DNA of 63,124 nucleotides, the filler included, from Octopus bimaculoides (taxonomy: Eukaryota), in assembly GCF_001194135.2 (NCBI RefSeq). It is 7 parts of 6 records of this genome, joined end to end, with 100 filler letters (N's around TTAATTAATTAA, not from the genome) between each part and the next. Parts side by side here need not be neighbours in the genome. Positions count along the whole stretch, not along the records: positions 36,008 to 45,951 come from NC_068989.1; positions 46,052 to 53,129 come from NC_068985.1; 5 more parts are not named here. One strand, 5' to 3'. Shown here piece after piece: positions 38,372-52,715 of this stretch. The position numbers and the translations under genes were made by a program. Under the pieces are notes generated by a model, which saw nothing but the letters and a program-made list of their open reading frames with translations, made no database searches and had not been told where the DNA came from. How positions within the stretch are numbered: the first letter of the stretch is position 1; each line of letters begins with the position of its first letter.

Positions 38372-38400
<29 letters not shown>
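38014..38400 (+). mobile_element. Two consecutive family B copies
   Basis: Core repeated at ~38070 and ~38255; each ends in an (ATT)n tail. Confidence 0.75.
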
Positions 38401-38404
<4 letters not shown>

Positions 38405-38639
38405 CTAGGCTAGTAGATGGCACTGCTAGTAGATTGTCAGACAAAATGTGACTGTTAAAAAATTATACCCCAGCAAAATAATGAAAGTAACCTGTATTCC
38501 TAATGTTAGGAAACACTCAGTCACTTTCTATAATAAAAGCCAAATGAGTAGTGAAAGGTTTGATACTACACTCTTTCACTGACTCATTATTTTCAATTCA
38601 AATAATGACAAGAAACATAAATATCTTCTTTAAGCAGCT

Positions 38640-38900
38640 GCAGTAGAGATGTGTTTCACAGTGCTGTGCTAGTTATCTCTATCTCTCGTTACCTTTGCTA
38701 AGTCCTCACTTTTATGCTGTGTGTCTCTGCCAATAATATCAATGTAGTTGAGTAGTTTTTGTCTACTATAAGGCTCTGGAACTCCCCAAAATATGACATC
38801 CAATATGGTCTGTTGTTCAGCGCAGTAGTGATGGCCAGTGAGACCTATCATGCAATGAGCAAAAATAGTAGAAATGGGTGGAATGGGTCCATAAATCTCC
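38640..38900 (-). mobile_element. RTE-type LINE C-terminal fragment
   Basis: LTGHHYCAEQQTILDVIFW...RQKLLNYIDIIGRDT...DLAKVTRDRD resembles RTE post-RT C-terminus. Confidence 0.6.
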
Positions 38901-39614
38901 TCTTGTGGACATGTATTACTTAATGGTTAGGGTGCTGGACTTATGATCATAAGATTGTAGTTTCTATCCTTAGACAGGGTGATGTATTATGCTCTCAAGC
39001 AAAACACTTCAGTTCATGTTGCTCCAGTCCATTCAGATGGCAAAAGTGAATAATCCAGCAACAGACCAGAGTCCCAACCAGGGAGGGAATATATGCCCCA
39101 TGGAAACTGGGAAACCAGCCCTATGAGTCTATATGACTGGGGAAGGATGTTTATTTTTTAATCCTCTAAGCCACTTGTTTGGTTTTGTGTTCACTCTACA
39201 AGATACTTTGAATCCTCATGAGAAACCTGGTGTATGTACTATGAAAACATTAATGAAGCTCCTTCTTCATAGACCACATTTAGGTTCAATAGAGAAGAAT
39301 GGCTCTCTACATGTGCCCTGAAGTCATCTAGCTTTGGTGACTGATTTTCAGATACTTTGAAACTCTACATTAGTGCCTTGCATGTCAGGAGGTCTTTCTT
39401 ACTGTCAGCAACATAGGGTTTAAGTACTCAAAGTTATTGGCTTCCTTCAGCTGTGTGCCATCAGAATATATCAGCAAATGGCTTTCATCATCATTAATAA
39501 TCATATAATCATCTTTGCACAGAGAAACAGAGCAACTTCACTTGTAGTATTCTTAAAGTTGCAGTGAGAATGCTGTAGCCATATATATTCTGGTTACATG
39601 TGGAATGACACAAT

Positions 39615-40005
39615 GTCATCATCATTTAACATCCATTTTCCATGCTGGCAGGGGTTAGATGGTTTGATCAGAGCTGGTAAGGCCAAGGGCCACACCAAGT
39701 TCCATTGTCTGTTCTGACATGGTTTCTACAGCTGAATGTCCTTCCTAATGCCAACCACTTTACATAGTGTACTGAGTGCTTTTTATGTGGCACCAACACC
39801 AGTGCTTTTTTATGTGGCACCAACACCAGTGCTTTTTTATGTGGCACCAACACCAGTGCTTTTTTATGTGGCACCAACACCGGTATCAATTCCGCTGTGG
39901 TGGACAGGTCTTCTTGAGTAGAGCAAGGCACTGGACATCTCAGTCCTTTGTCATAAGGCTTAGCTTTCAGTACTTCATCCCATGCCTTCTTGGGTGTCAT
40001 CCTTA
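39615..40005 (-). mobile_element. LINE 3' end with (ATG)n tail and internal 27-bp tandem repeat
   Basis: Minus strand reads PKKAWDEVLK (GRPxKTW-like), 3' UTR motif GTGGTTGGCATTAGGAAGGACATTC, and ends in ATGATGATG. Confidence 0.65.
39775..39883 (+). repeat. 27-bp tandem repeat x4 (GTGCTTTTTTATGTGGCACCAACACCA)
   Basis: Contiguous near-identical units, no spacers. Confidence 0.9.
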
Positions 40006-40471
40006 AAAATTTACAGCCACTTCATCCTTAAAAACATTACAGCAACACAACTTATATTTTACAGAAACATTGTTTCAGGTTTTTCATAAGTGTTTTTTCT
40101 GATTCTTTACAATTTGAGTTCAAATATTTCTTGAGTCAACTGTTTTTTTATGTTTATAGGGGTCAATAAAATAAAATATCAAACAAGTAATGAGGCTAAT
40201 GGCATTACCTCAGAACTGCTGGCCTTGTACCTAAATGAGAAACTATTTTTCTACAGTAGCGCCAAAAATATTTAGTAGTATTTAGTTATAGCCCTCGTAT
40301 TCTGAGTTCAAATCATGGTGCCTTGCACCCTTCTGGAGTTGATAAAATACAGTATCGATCAAGTACTAGAATTGATAGAATTAACCATATCTTTCTCTCC
40401 AAATCTAAGACCTGGGATTATGCTAGAAATCATTATTATGGACTTTGTTGCTCAGTCATATAAATGTAACA

Positions 40472-41300
40472 AAAGGCAGTGAGCTGGTAGAATCGTTAGC
40501 ACGTCGGGCGAAGTGCTTAACGGTATTTCGTCTGCCAGTACGTTCTGAGTTCAAATTCTGCCAAGGTTAACTTTGCGTTTCATCATTTTGGGGTCGATTA
40601 AATAAGTACCAGTTACACACTAGAGTCGATGTAATCGACTTAGTCCCTTTGTCTGTCGTTGTTTGCCCCCTCTATGTTTAGCCTCTTGTAGGCTAAATTC
40701 TAGTTGAGTACTTAGAGATGATTAAGTACACTCATTGGTCGTCTTTCGTTTTATGTACATATAATAGCAGTCAACAAAGTGAAAGGAAACATCTGTCAAA
40801 CTATTATTTCACAGTTAAGTAAGGTTTGTTTTGTTTTTATAGACATATTACCTATAACTTATGTTTCTGGAAATGACATCAAGTCATCTCAGTCTCCCGT
40901 GCAATATTTGGCCATGTGCCTTGTGTTAGAAACCATTAATATTATTATCCTTACTGTCCCGCCGACGTCAACTTTGCCTTTCATCCGTTTGGGGTCGATA
41001 AAATAAAGTACCAGTTGATCATTGTGATCGATGTAATCGACTTAACCCTTCGCCCGAAATTACTGGCCTTGTGCCAAAATTCCAAACCAATATTATCATC
41101 ATTACTAAGGCAGTGAGCTGGCATAATCGTTGGTGCGCCGGGGAAAAAAAATTGCTTTACGTTCTGAGTTCAAATCCTGCCGAGGTCGACTTTGCCTTTG
41201 GTTCTTTGGGGTCAATAAAATAAATACCAGTTGAGTACTGGAGTCCCCCCAAAATTGTTGGTCTTGTGCCAAAATTTGAAATTAATATTATGATTATTAT
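40472..41300 (+). mobile_element. Cluster of three family B copies (40472-40695, ~40960-41090, 41107-41290)
   Basis: Heads and cores homologous to other family B copies; third has internal deletions. Confidence 0.75.
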
Positions 41301-44300
41301 TATTATTAGAGTGTTACCCATCAGATAATGGGTAACTTTGGAAGTATGCTTTTGCCACGAAATATGGTAAACACACAATAATCGATTTAATTTTTATCAA
41401 ATTCCTTCGTGCTGATACAAAATGATGAAATGAATGCTAATTTTCAAAAGAAAAATATTTATAATCTTAAAACAAATTTCCCATTTGCATATTTACAGCA
41501 CTAATAAATACAAGTCATTATTTTCCTAAATTCTATCAACATAATTGCAATCTACTTCATCGAAAACCCCATTTCCGCAAAATTTAATTTTAAAAAGATG
41601 TTTTTTTTTTTTCAGAAAGTTACTCATCTTACATCTCTCGTGTTAACTGTCTGTATTTCTTATTTACTCTATTTCTCTGTGTGACTGGCGAAATCGAGCA
41701 ACATTTATATTGGTTATTATTATATGGAGATCATCATCATTGTATTTCTTACACCCTAAGAGAAGTAGCAGAATTGAATAACTTATAACGGTATTTATTT
41801 CTAACATTACTATCACCCGTGATATTTTGACAACATTGCTGTCAATTCCGCTGCTTCATTTCGCGAGAGCGCGCATGCCTGCGGTGATTTTCTTGTGTGT
41901 AGATTCTTGAGTGGAGGGTGTTACACGCATATAAAACATTCGTGTGTTCGTGTGAATGTGTACACAAACACACATATATATATACATACACATATACATA
42001 TGCACACATACACATATGCACACACACACACACACACACACACAGAATGAAAAAATTAGAGGAAAACAAAAATTGTCAAGATGCCATAGGAGGTATAAAA
42101 AGGTAACAAATATTACATCGTAATTTATCTTGGCATGACGTCTACTACTTTTGCATGAGGGAGAGGTGAGGAGACCAGAGACGTAGAGAGATTGATGCGG
42201 TTTGTCAAAGACAAGTGACGTAAATGTAATGAAATGGCTCCAATCAGGAATCGAAACCGTGTTGCATACAAACACGCTGAGGAGACAATTCCACTAAACA
42301 GAGAAATAGCTGATAATATTTATACATTGTTCAATTAATTAATGGTATGGAGGAAGAAATAGCAGAACACCAGAAAGAATTCTTACTGTATCTGATTCTG
42401 TTCTTCGCTATTCTGAGTAGAATTTTGATATTGATTCTTTCTTCACATAATTTGTGTGTGTGTGTGTGTGTGTGTGTCCTTAACTCGAAAAACAAAACAA
42501 AAAAAAAATCAATAAAATATATCGCAAGTTTAAATCCTACCTGTCTGTCATGTGTGTCCAAGGTTCAGAAAATAAAGCACCAAGAATGTATGGAGGCTTA
42601 TTCAAGCAACTGAACCGATCCTTGCTTCGTTAGAAATAAGAAGAAAAAAAAATGGCTCATTGCCAATCTAATGGAAATCTATTTCCAAAGGATAGGAAGA
42701 ATGCATNNNNNNNNNNNNNNNNNNNNNNNNNNNNNNNNNNNNNNNNNNNNNNNNNNNNNNNNNNNNNNNNNNNNNNNNNNNNNNNNNNNNNNNNNNNNNN
42801 NNNNNNNNNNNNNNNNNNNNNNNNNNNNNNNNNNNNNNNNNNNNNNNNNNNNNNNNNNNNNNNNNNNNNNNNNNNNNNNNNNNNNNNNNNNNNNNNNNNN
42901 NNNNNNNNNNNNNNNNNNNNNNNNNNNNNNNNNNNNNNNNNNNNNNNNNNNNNNNNNNNNNNNNNNNNNNNNNNNNNNNNNNNNNNNNNNNNNNNNNNNN
43001 NNNNNNNNNNNNNNNNNNNNNNNNNNNNNNNNNNNNNNNNNNNNNNNNNNNNNNNNNNNNNNNNNNNNNNNNNNNNNNNNNNNNNNNNNNNNNNNNNNNN
43101 NNNNNNNNNNNNNNNNNNNNNNNNNNNNNNNNNNNNNNNNNNNNNNNNNNNNNNNNNNNNNNNNNNNNNNNNNNNNNNNNNNNNNNNNNNNNNNNNNNNN
43201 NNNNNNNNNNNNNNNNNNNNNNNNNNNNNNNNNNNNNNNNNNNNNNNNNNNNNNNNNNNNNNNNNNNNNNNNNNNNNNNNNNNNNNNNNNNNNNNNNNNN
43301 NNNNNNNNNNNNNNNNNNNNNNNNNNNNNNNNNNNNNNNNNNNATCTCCAAACATTATGTGTGTATTTATATATGTGTGAGTATATATATATGTGTGTGT
43401 TTTTGTTAGTGTGTTTGTGTGTAATGCATACGTCAGTGGCTGATAAGACAAAATGAAAGAGAAGTTCAGTAAATAATAAACGACAAACCTGCTTACAATA
43501 TAATATTATCCATGATAAAAAGATGAAGATTTCGGTGAAATGAACTTATTCGATAAGCAGTAAATCGCGATATAAATATTACACATTGCGATATAGAAAG
43601 ATAAGCGACATCACCGGAAGTCGACTATGTTCATCAAGTGAGCGAGTTACGTCCCTTTAATATTATGCTTTCGATTTCATATCTTATTAGTGACATGCTT
43701 CTCTGGAGCATCTGAATATTTTTATCTTTCTAACATAGGAATCGGAAAATTTCTTATACTCTTGATTCCTTTCATGGAATTGTTGATAACTTATTGACTC
43801 CCCACAAATTTCTAAAATTGATAACTTTCTGCATTTAAAAACAATTTCTTCGTTTTGTGCGTGTCATTACTGCTGTTTTAATAATATTTAAAGGAATTTA
43901 ATGAAAATACTTGACGAAATTGATAAGGATAAATAAAAAAAATTCAGTCATATTATATTGATATAGTTGGAATATTAAATGTGAAATATGTGTCTGATGA
44001 ATATTAGTTATTGCATCAATATTAAGTTTTAACCTTAAATTTCCGCGCTTTTCTAGACTCAGTTCGCTAATAATTCAGCACTCTTAATTCCCCAAATTGT
44101 TTCAGGTGTCTATCGAACTCTTGGATAGTCACTTAGACGTCTTAGATCAATACTGACCACTTTGTCAACCTCTGTCCTAACGTGATGGACGGGCCGTGAT
44201 AAAATAATTGCGATCTTGGAGTTTAACGTACCGCTTTTACTATGATATATGGTTGTCATATTTTAGTGACATAAAATCTTCAGCATCACCTTTCAAGCTT

Positions 44301-44367
44301 TTGCTGCTTTGTTTTACCTATCATAACCCAGAACATTAGCAAGTTTACATTATAAGCAGTAACAGTA

Positions 44368-44790
44368 AGGCGACGAGCTGGCAGAAACGTTCGCCGTGCG
44401 AAATGCTTAGCGATATTTTGTCTGTCTTTATGTTCTGAGTTCAAATTCCGCTGAGGTCGACTTTGCCTTTCCTCCTTTCAGGGTCGATAAATTAAGTACC
44501 AGTTGCGTACAGAGGTTGATCTAATCGATTGGCCTACTCACGCAAGATTTCGGGCTTTGTGCCTAGAATAGAAAAGATTATAAGTAGTAGTAGTAGTAGT
44601 AGTCCTTTCTGATATAGGCACAAGATCTGAAATTTTGGAGGACGATTCCATTACATGGACCCCAGTGCTCAACTGGTGCTTATTTTATCGACCCCGAAAG
44701 AAGGAAAGGTAAAGTCGACTTCGGTGGAATTTGAGCTCAGAACATTAAGACGGACGAAATGCCGCTAAGCATTTTGCCCGGCATGCTAAT
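44368..44790. mobile_element. Inverted pair of family B SINEs (+ 44368-44580, - 44610-44790)
   Basis: Tail-to-tail copies separated by (AGT)n. Confidence 0.8.
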
Positions 44791-44817
44791 GATCCTGCCA
44801 GCTCGCTGCCTTTTTGT

Positions 44818-45240
44818 TCAAACGGATAAGAAGATGGAACATAATAGGCCAGATATTATAGTAATGGACAAAAAAAATCGAATATGTATACTAATCGATC
44901 CATCATGTTCATTTGATACTAGGATTGTGAAGAAAGCAGACGAAAAATTAGAAAACTCAAACCTTTAAGATATGAGATCGCGAGGATTTGGAACATGTAG
45001 TCTGTAAGGATTGTATCTGTCATAATTGGTGCATTAGGGACTGGGAATTATGAAATAGACAAATGGATAAAGAAGATTGAAATTAAGTGTCCTGTAGAAC
45101 TTCTACAAAAGGTTTGCATCTTCGGGGACACAGATCATCAGAGAGATTTTGAGCACTTAACATCATATGGATGCCTAAGATTTCGGGTAGTAACCCGTTA
45201 CGCACATAAATTCTACCAGGAATAAAATAAATCTTCTTCT
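44818..45240 (+). mobile_element. R4/Dong-like LINE 3' end (restriction-like endonuclease)
   Basis: QTDKKMEHNRPDIIVMDKKNRICILIDPSCSFDTRIVKKADEK / LRYEIARIWN...VIIGALG...LLQKVCI...EILST*, then short 3' UTR and A-rich tail. Confidence 0.85.
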
Positions 45241-45369
45241 AACTTTGCCACAAGGCAAGCAATTTTAACGGGAGGAATTTAGTCGATTACATTCCCGAGA
45301 ATATTAACAAGTTGAGCGTATTGCTCACAACGCTCAAGTGTACAACATGTACCGGTGATTATATTTTTT

Positions 45370-45810
45370 TGTACTCTAGGCACAAGACCCGAAAATTTTG
45401 CGACTCCAGTACGCAACTGGTACTTAATTCATCGACCCCGAAAGGATGAAAAGCAAAGTCGACCTCGGCCGAATTTGAACTCAGAACGTAAAGACGGACG
45501 CGCTAAGCATTTCGACAGCGTGCTAACGTTTCTTATTTCTTTACTGCCCACAAGGGGCTACACACAGAGGGGACAAACAAGGANNNNNNNNNNGCGTGCT
45601 AACGTTTCTTATTTCTTTACTGCCCACAAGGGGCTACACACAGAGGGGACAAACAAGGACAGACAAACGGTACGTAACTGGTACTTAATTTATCGACCCC
45701 GAAAGGATGAAAGGCAAAGTCGACCTCGGCGGAATTTGAACTCAGAACGTAGCAGCAGACGAAATACCAATTTCTTCATTACCCACAAGGGGCTAAACAC
45801 AGATGGGACA
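45370..45810 (-). mobile_element. Minus-strand tandem family B array (partly collapsed)
   Basis: Same unit junction as 10516 array (GCGTGCTAACGTTTCTTATTTCTTTACTGCCCACAAGGGG) at ~45517 and ~45594. Confidence 0.75.
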
Positions 45811-46051
45811 ATACACACATGCGTGGACAATTAACACATGATAGAATGGAACAATGAAATTAAACAATGATGATGGGACGGCCACCCCAGCCCCACCCCG
45901 GGGCGGCCGCGTTGTTTCAATTATTTCAACAGCTCTTAATAGTTCCTTTCANNNNNNNNNNNNNNNNNNNNNNNNNNNNNNNNNNNNNNNNNNNNTTAAT
46001 TAATTAANNNNNNNNNNNNNNNNNNNNNNNNNNNNNNNNNNNNNNNNNNNN

Positions 46052-46092
<41 letters not shown>

Positions 46093-46743
46093 TTGTCCGT
46101 CACTACCGGTTGACTACCGGCTGACAACATAGCGTTTCAGCAACAAAAACCGATAGAATATGTACCAGGTTTAAAAAAAGAAAAACAAGTACTGAGGTCG
46201 GATCATTCAGCTAAAAAAAAGGCCGGCATTCCAGTTTGGCCGTACCTTAATGACTAAGTTAATTACAGAAAAGATAACGACACAGCTATTTAGTAAGGAA
46301 AAAAAAATCATTGCAAGGGAAATAATTCGCAAGTGATTATAAAAGAGTTACCTCCCTCGAAAATTATTGTACTTTGAAGTATTTCTTATATATAAATGTT
46401 CTTTTATCTTTCAATTATTCTATCGGTTCCCCTTTTTTAACGCCCAGAATACTTAAGACATTCTCTTCAGCTATTGTAGACAATGGAACTTGTTTTATTA
46501 CTCGACATTGTTTTAATACATGAAGTTACGTAAATTGTTATATATGAAGCTATTTCCCCGTTGCAATGTTGACTTGTGTACACAAATACGCCCACACACC
46601 CACACACTCCGGTACAAGCACACCCACATACATGCCTGTGTATGTTTTTTTTGTCTGAATATATATATATATACAAATACGTGTGCGTGTATCCGTGTGC
46701 GAATTTGTGTGTGTGTGAGTATGTACATATATATATATTCATG

Positions 46744-46775
<32 letters not shown>

Positions 46776-47017
46776 CTCACACACACACACACACACACAC
46801 ATATACTTACATATGCATATATATTTACATATACATATGCACACATCTACATGCACAAGCACACGCACGCACGGATACAGACCCTCTAGAGAGTTGGGTA
46901 AAATACCGCCAGACTTCAAAATTGCCTTTTCCAATCGGGTAGATAAAATGCCACCAATCCAAAGCGTTGAATTGGCAGAAGTGTGCGCAAAGACTACAGC
47001 GGTGGTCAACAGCCTGC

Positions 47018-47051
<34 letters not shown>

Positions 47052-48460
47052 TTTAAGATGTGCGTTCCATTTAAGAAAGATTTAACCGCATTTTCTACAA
47101 TTTTGAGCCACCGTATAGATTCACACCAGTTGGTTCTAGTGGTTGAAGTGTGTTGCACAAATGGTTCTTGAGCTTAATCTACTTCACATGTTAGTAAATA
47201 TCATATAATAATAGGATATAAACGGCGCAATATGTGGTGGTGAGGTGTTATATAACTTTTTTTTAATGTTGTTGAGTTTTTAATAGCCATTTATCTCTCT
47301 GTACTAGACTATTAGGTGCTTATATCAATACAGAAAAAAAATTAGAATTCAACAGTGCATAAGAACGAAACAAAGAATAGTGCTATCGTTGTCTATAGCG
47401 GGAAGCTGAGTCCATCCTCGGTCATATGAAAATACTGTTTCATTATGAATACAATTAGATAGTTAGAACCTCGGGTTTATTACTGGTATAATATATTTTC
47501 AAAGATTCACTAGCCATAAGTATAATTTTCCAATTCATGGCGGCTACAAAAGATTTAACGACAGAGACATTTAACTGTTCAGTGTCTGTTCGTTCTACTT
47601 TTCCTTCTAGATTTTGCTTTTGTGTTTGTCTATTCTTTTGTAAAGACATATTATATAGCTTCCTCAGTTTGTCATGGCTTGCCAGCTTTACACGTGCGTT
47701 TAATTAGTTTATAAATTAATAAATATATACTGTATCGACTACGGACAAATAAAAGTCAAAGTTGACACCCGTGATACTTGAATTCAGGATGTAATGCAAA
47801 GTAGTTAAATACTAGGACATATTTAATCCATTGCTTTAATACTCGTCATGAGCCCATCTAATAGTATTAAATCCTTTTATAACACAGGTAAAGGGCGAAA
47901 ATAATTTTTAGGAAAAGAACAGCAAATATTTCTTCCTCTCAGTACTTTTCACTGCTATTTTTGCAATCAATCAAGCTATGGTTAACAACAATGCAGTATT
48001 TTAAGCTTAGAGAGTAAAGGGAGGTAACTAAATACCCCTCAAAAATTTTGTTAGTCGCTCTAACTCTAATTTGCCACTCCAGTTCTAGCACTTTTGTCTT
48101 TAAACACAATAATGAGGAACATATCAGGTTGATGTAGAAGAGAACAAGTGTTAATAAACGGTTTTATTTTGAGATATTGATGTCGGTAAAATTAGGGAAG
48201 AAGTAACAATGAATTTTAGGTAGAAGATGCCATGAAGATATGTATATAAGATAATACGGGGGAATATTTAAACTATATTAATAATTAAAACAAAAATCTG
48301 TTATCCAACGTCGGTCTACCGGAATATCGTAATATCGAATTTTTCTTATCCTTTCATTTGTAAGGGTACCATCGAAAGTCTTGTCTCTATGTCTTATATA
48401 CAGGTAAAATCCAGTTCCATCCATGGAAGGGATTAGTACTAAAAATTAATTACTGAAAAC

Positions 48461-48693
48461 TGGCATTCCGTCGGTTACGACGTGGAAGGTTCCGATTAAT
48501 CCGATCAACAGAACAGCCTGCTCGTGAAATTAACGTGTAAGTGATTGAGTACTCCACAGATTCGAGTGCCCTTAATGTAGTAATCAGGGAAATTCAATGT
48601 GACACAGAATGTGTTGCTCAAGAACACCACGCGCCTCCGGGAATCGAACTCATAATCGAGATCCAAATAGCCGAACCACTAACCCACGCGCCT
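48461..48693 (-). mobile_element. SINE family D (different head, family C tail), internally deleted
   Basis: Head AGGCGCGTGGGTTAGTGG...GAGTTCGATTCCCGG joined to family C 3' half. Confidence 0.7.
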
Positions 48694-49267
48694 GCGATAT
48701 GCAGCTGTATGAGAAAACTAGGATAAAAATTAATAAATGGTCTTTATGAATTGTATAGTCATGCCGTTGTTTATAGTGTGGTGAGCCATTTCCTCCATTT
48801 AGTACTTATATACAGTTAGGTAGTAGAGTTCACATCATAGTTTAGTGTCATAGCCACCCTACAACGCAGTGTGGATAATACGATGTAAGCCACTGATTTC
48901 TTAGCTCGCTACAACACTATCCATTCGACCACTCACGGTAACAAAGAATGGTTATATTAGAAATAGATTACTTTAGAAGGAAGTACACTGTAAAATGCTG
49001 AAGACTAGGTAATTTCTTTCATTGAAACTTCTAGAATCCTACTATACATAAACTCCATTATTCTGTATGATGTATATGCTATAGGAGAAGCGATTTAACC
49101 AAGTGGACAAGGTGCCACATTAAGCATATGTAGGGTGAGGGTTGAAATTTGTTGCAAGACTTTATCTTGCGTCTGTAATCAGCATTAATTTAGCTAATTA
49201 TAAGGAATTAGAAACGGATCATCGGTGAATATATGAAAAATCCTATACGATGAAATATTAACCTGTA

Positions 49268-52260
49268 ATGCTATCACGCCCGAAAACTCCAAGACGATGG
49301 TGGGACCTCAATGTGTTATTGGTTCACAACCAAAGCTCTAGAGTCAACCCAGAAAGAACATACGTAAATAAGAAATCCAAGTACCTACACGCAATCAGAA
49401 AATACATTACAGACATAGTTAGCAGACGCATAACTTATAACCTGACGGACAAATATTTGATAAAGTTGTCTCATACTACTTGATACCTGTAGTGACTTTA
49501 ACAGCAAACTTAGAGCAACACATACATATAGTAATATACAACGAAATAGAACATAATGTATTGTATTTCTCCTCAGTGTTTAAATCTAAAAGCATATTTC
49601 GTGAGAATCAACACACAGATTAGTGCATATTTCCAGTTTACATAGACACGACAAAGGCGTCAAAAATTTTTTTAAAGTAATATGCAGTTGCATGAGAAAT
49701 ATAGAATCACAATTCTCTGATTACAAGTATCCAAAATCACTAAACACCACATAAATTTCGCAACCTGAATGTAATTATAGAGACACAACAGTGAATAGAA
49801 AATGCTTGTCGAAAATAAAGGTGGATGTAAACTCGTTAGACTGGATATTTAAAGACTTACATCAGGTTAACTCACAACACACTTAGAACAAGCTACATAC
49901 AACATATCTGCTCTATTAGATAAAAGATCAAAGCCATTTATATGTCACTTACAAAATATGAAGGGAGAAATACTCTACAATAAGTATTATTGCAAAGATA
50001 ACGGCATACCTATACGCCATTAAGAAATTCACGGTCGTAGCCTTGTCCGTACATAGTAATCATATAAAAAGAAATCTATTGTCTTCAAGCAAAAATACAA
50101 ATTCTAAGCTTGTGGTTTCTGGATGACAAATTTGTTAAACCTACGGTCGACATTTGAAGCCCTGAGAAATTTGATAGTACAAATCGAAGCTTAATTTCAA
50201 TACTCAAAATATAATCTAAATTTGAATTACTCTAAAATGTGAAGTTGGGTAGTTTCTCTTTAACGGGAAAATATCTTTATTTTACTTTTTTCGTTTTGGT
50301 TACGATATTTTTTCAGGTTTGAATTACCTAACTTGCCATGAAACTTTGCTCTGTATTTTGGGTTGTAATACATTTCACATAAATAACCCACTTTCAATGG
50401 GGTTTTCTAGTGACTTCTATTTTTATTTACACTTTATAGATCTGCGTTAACCATTTAACTCATTCACTGAAGAATCATGGAACACCGAATAATATTATAA
50501 ACTCGGTCTCCTACATGTCTGTTGCAAACATGTATATATATATGTATATATATATNNNNNNNNNNNNNNNNNNNNNNNNNNNNNNNNNNNNNNNNNNNNN
50601 NNNNNNNNNNNNNNNNNNNNNNNNNNNNNNNNNNNNNNNNNNNNNNNNNNNNNNNNNNNNNNNNNNNNNNNNNNNNNNNNNNNNNNNNNNNNNNNNNNNN
50701 NNNNNNNNNNNNNNNNNNNNNNNNNNNNNNNNNNNNNNNNNNNNNNNNNNNNNNNNNNNNNNNNNNNNNNNNNNNNNNNNNNNNNNNNNNNNNNNNNNNN
50801 NNNNNNNNNNNNNNNNNNNNNNNNNNNNNNNNNNNNNNNNNNNNNNNNNNNNNNNNNNNNNNNNNNNNNNNNNNNNNNNNNNNNNNNNNNNNNNNNNNNN
50901 NNNNNNNNNNNNNNNNNNNNNNNNNNNNNNNNNNNNNNNNNNNNNNNNNNNNNNNNNNNNNNNNNNNNNNNNNNNNNNNNNNNNNNNNNNNNNNNNNNNN
51001 NNNNNNNNNNNNNNNNNNNNNNNNNNNNNNNNNNNNNNNNNNNNNNNNNNNNNNNNNNNNNNNNNNNNNNNNNNNNNNNNNNNNNNNNNNNNNNNNNNNN
51101 NNNNNNNNNNNNNNNNNNNNNNNNNNNNNNNNNNNNNNNNNNNNNNNNNNNNNNNNNNNNNNNNNNNNNNNNNNNNNNNNNNNNNNNNNNNNNNNNNNNN
51201 NNNNNNNNNNNNNNNNNNNNNNNNNNNNNNNNNNNNNNNNNNNNNTATAAACTCGGTCTCCTACATGTCTGTTGCAAACATGTATATATATATGTATATA
51301 CATATATAATAATATTAGGGATAAAAATCCAAATTTACAGGTAAAAACTCAATTTAATTTGATTTATCAAAACTTAAAATTAAATTAAGTGTCACAGTAT
51401 ATAATATATAAATATATAATTTAGAGAAAAGAACCAGAGTTCCTGAACTCATCCATTAAAATCCACAGTCACATATAGAAAAATTTAATAAATAAATACA
51501 CTAAAAAGAACTATAATAAAATACAAAGTAATAATTATCAAAATAATAAAACGACTACACGTGTTTCATAAGCAAATTTTCAAATAGAAAATCAAATCAA
51601 ATCAAATCGATTAAAATAAATCGATCGAAAATCAATTCTATTCAAAAATAGCTAATCTTCGGGTCAAAATACAACAACAATAATAATAAAATGAATGTAT
51701 ATATATCAACCACCAATAAATAACAAATGAATTTATACAAAAATACCTATTTTATCAATAAGTAAAAGTACTTATTTTACTAATGAAACAATGAAAAATA
51801 TTTAACGATATTATTGAAAATAAAGGAAATACTTACCTTATCGAAGCTTTAGTTTAAACTAAAATTTAAACGTCATCTATATTTAAGAGAAACTGTGACT
51901 GGCGGTCGAAGAATCCCAGCGTCATATTGTATTTTGCGTACGAGTACCTTGATGTAAGATTATTAAAATAATGGCTTTATGATAATTTTTGAATTGTCAT
52001 TCCTAATGAATCCATCAACATCAGAATATTTATTTCCTCCAGATTATTTGTCTTCTTCGTGTAAACAAGCTCCGTGTGACGTTTGTGATATGATTACAAC
52101 TTCAACTATTGCAATTTGTACAGATTTAAGTTGATTTAAGTTGATCACATTGTTTTGTAAAAAATTTTTCAAATATAATCCACAATGAATCCATCTGAAG
52201 TTATTGGATTTAGAAGAATTGCATTTTCTGTAATATTTGTCTTTTACGTGCAAACCAGCG
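49268..52260. mobile_element. Highly decayed Penelope-like pieces (plus strand ~49270-50500, minus strand ~51300-52260) flanking a gap
   Basis: Only weak RT-like remnants (KYYCKDNGIP, LNIDDV), AT-rich coding-like texture and a CTGAAGA...AAACTCGGTC hammerhead-like remnant near 50465-50510. Confidence 0.35.
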
Positions 52261-52525
52261 CTGCCTGACGGTCATGTTATGATTAAGACTTCTACAAATA
52301 ACTCTTGAACTACTAAATAAATGAATAAATAAAAATTATATACGAGTTTTTTGCTTGTTTTCCCTATCGTAGGGGCATTCATTCTCAGCCGAAGGATAAT
52401 GCTTATACATACATAAAACATACATACATACATACATACATACATACAGCCACACATACACCTGCATATGCATATGTGCGTTTGTGTTGTGTGTGTGTTG
52501 TGTGTATCTATCTATCTATCTATCC

Positions 52526-52577
<52 letters not shown>

Positions 52578-52680
52578 GTGGGTATATATATGGCAGAATT
52601 TACGAAAAAACAACAGACGAAGGCAGGTGGTGTAAACAACAAATGTATGTATTAATTTAACGCTCAGGAATAGAGAACGT

Positions 52681-52715
52681 CTTTGACGTTTCGAGCTACG
52701 CTCTTCAACTGAAAG
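52681..52715 (-). ncRNA. Degenerate minimal hammerhead-like motif
   Basis: Minus strand CUUU-CAGUUGA-A-GAGC GUA GCUC-GAAA-CG-UC-AAAG: stems I, II and palindromic III intact, core deviates from CUGANGA at two positions. Confidence 0.45.

Noticed and set aside
39775-39883. 27-bp repeats as a CRISPR array
   Set aside because: Units are contiguous with no spacers, sit in a LINE 3' UTR, and the DNA is eukaryotic with no cas genes.
46465-46520. MSSNKTSSIVYNS as a second LRR exon of the minus-strand gene
   Set aside because: In-frame stop immediately follows, no acceptor at the expected phase, not a 72-nt unit.
50495-51303. ~55-bp exact repeat on both sides of the gap as LTR/TSD
   Set aside because: Identical sequence directly flanking an N gap is best explained by contig overlap or a collapsed tandem.
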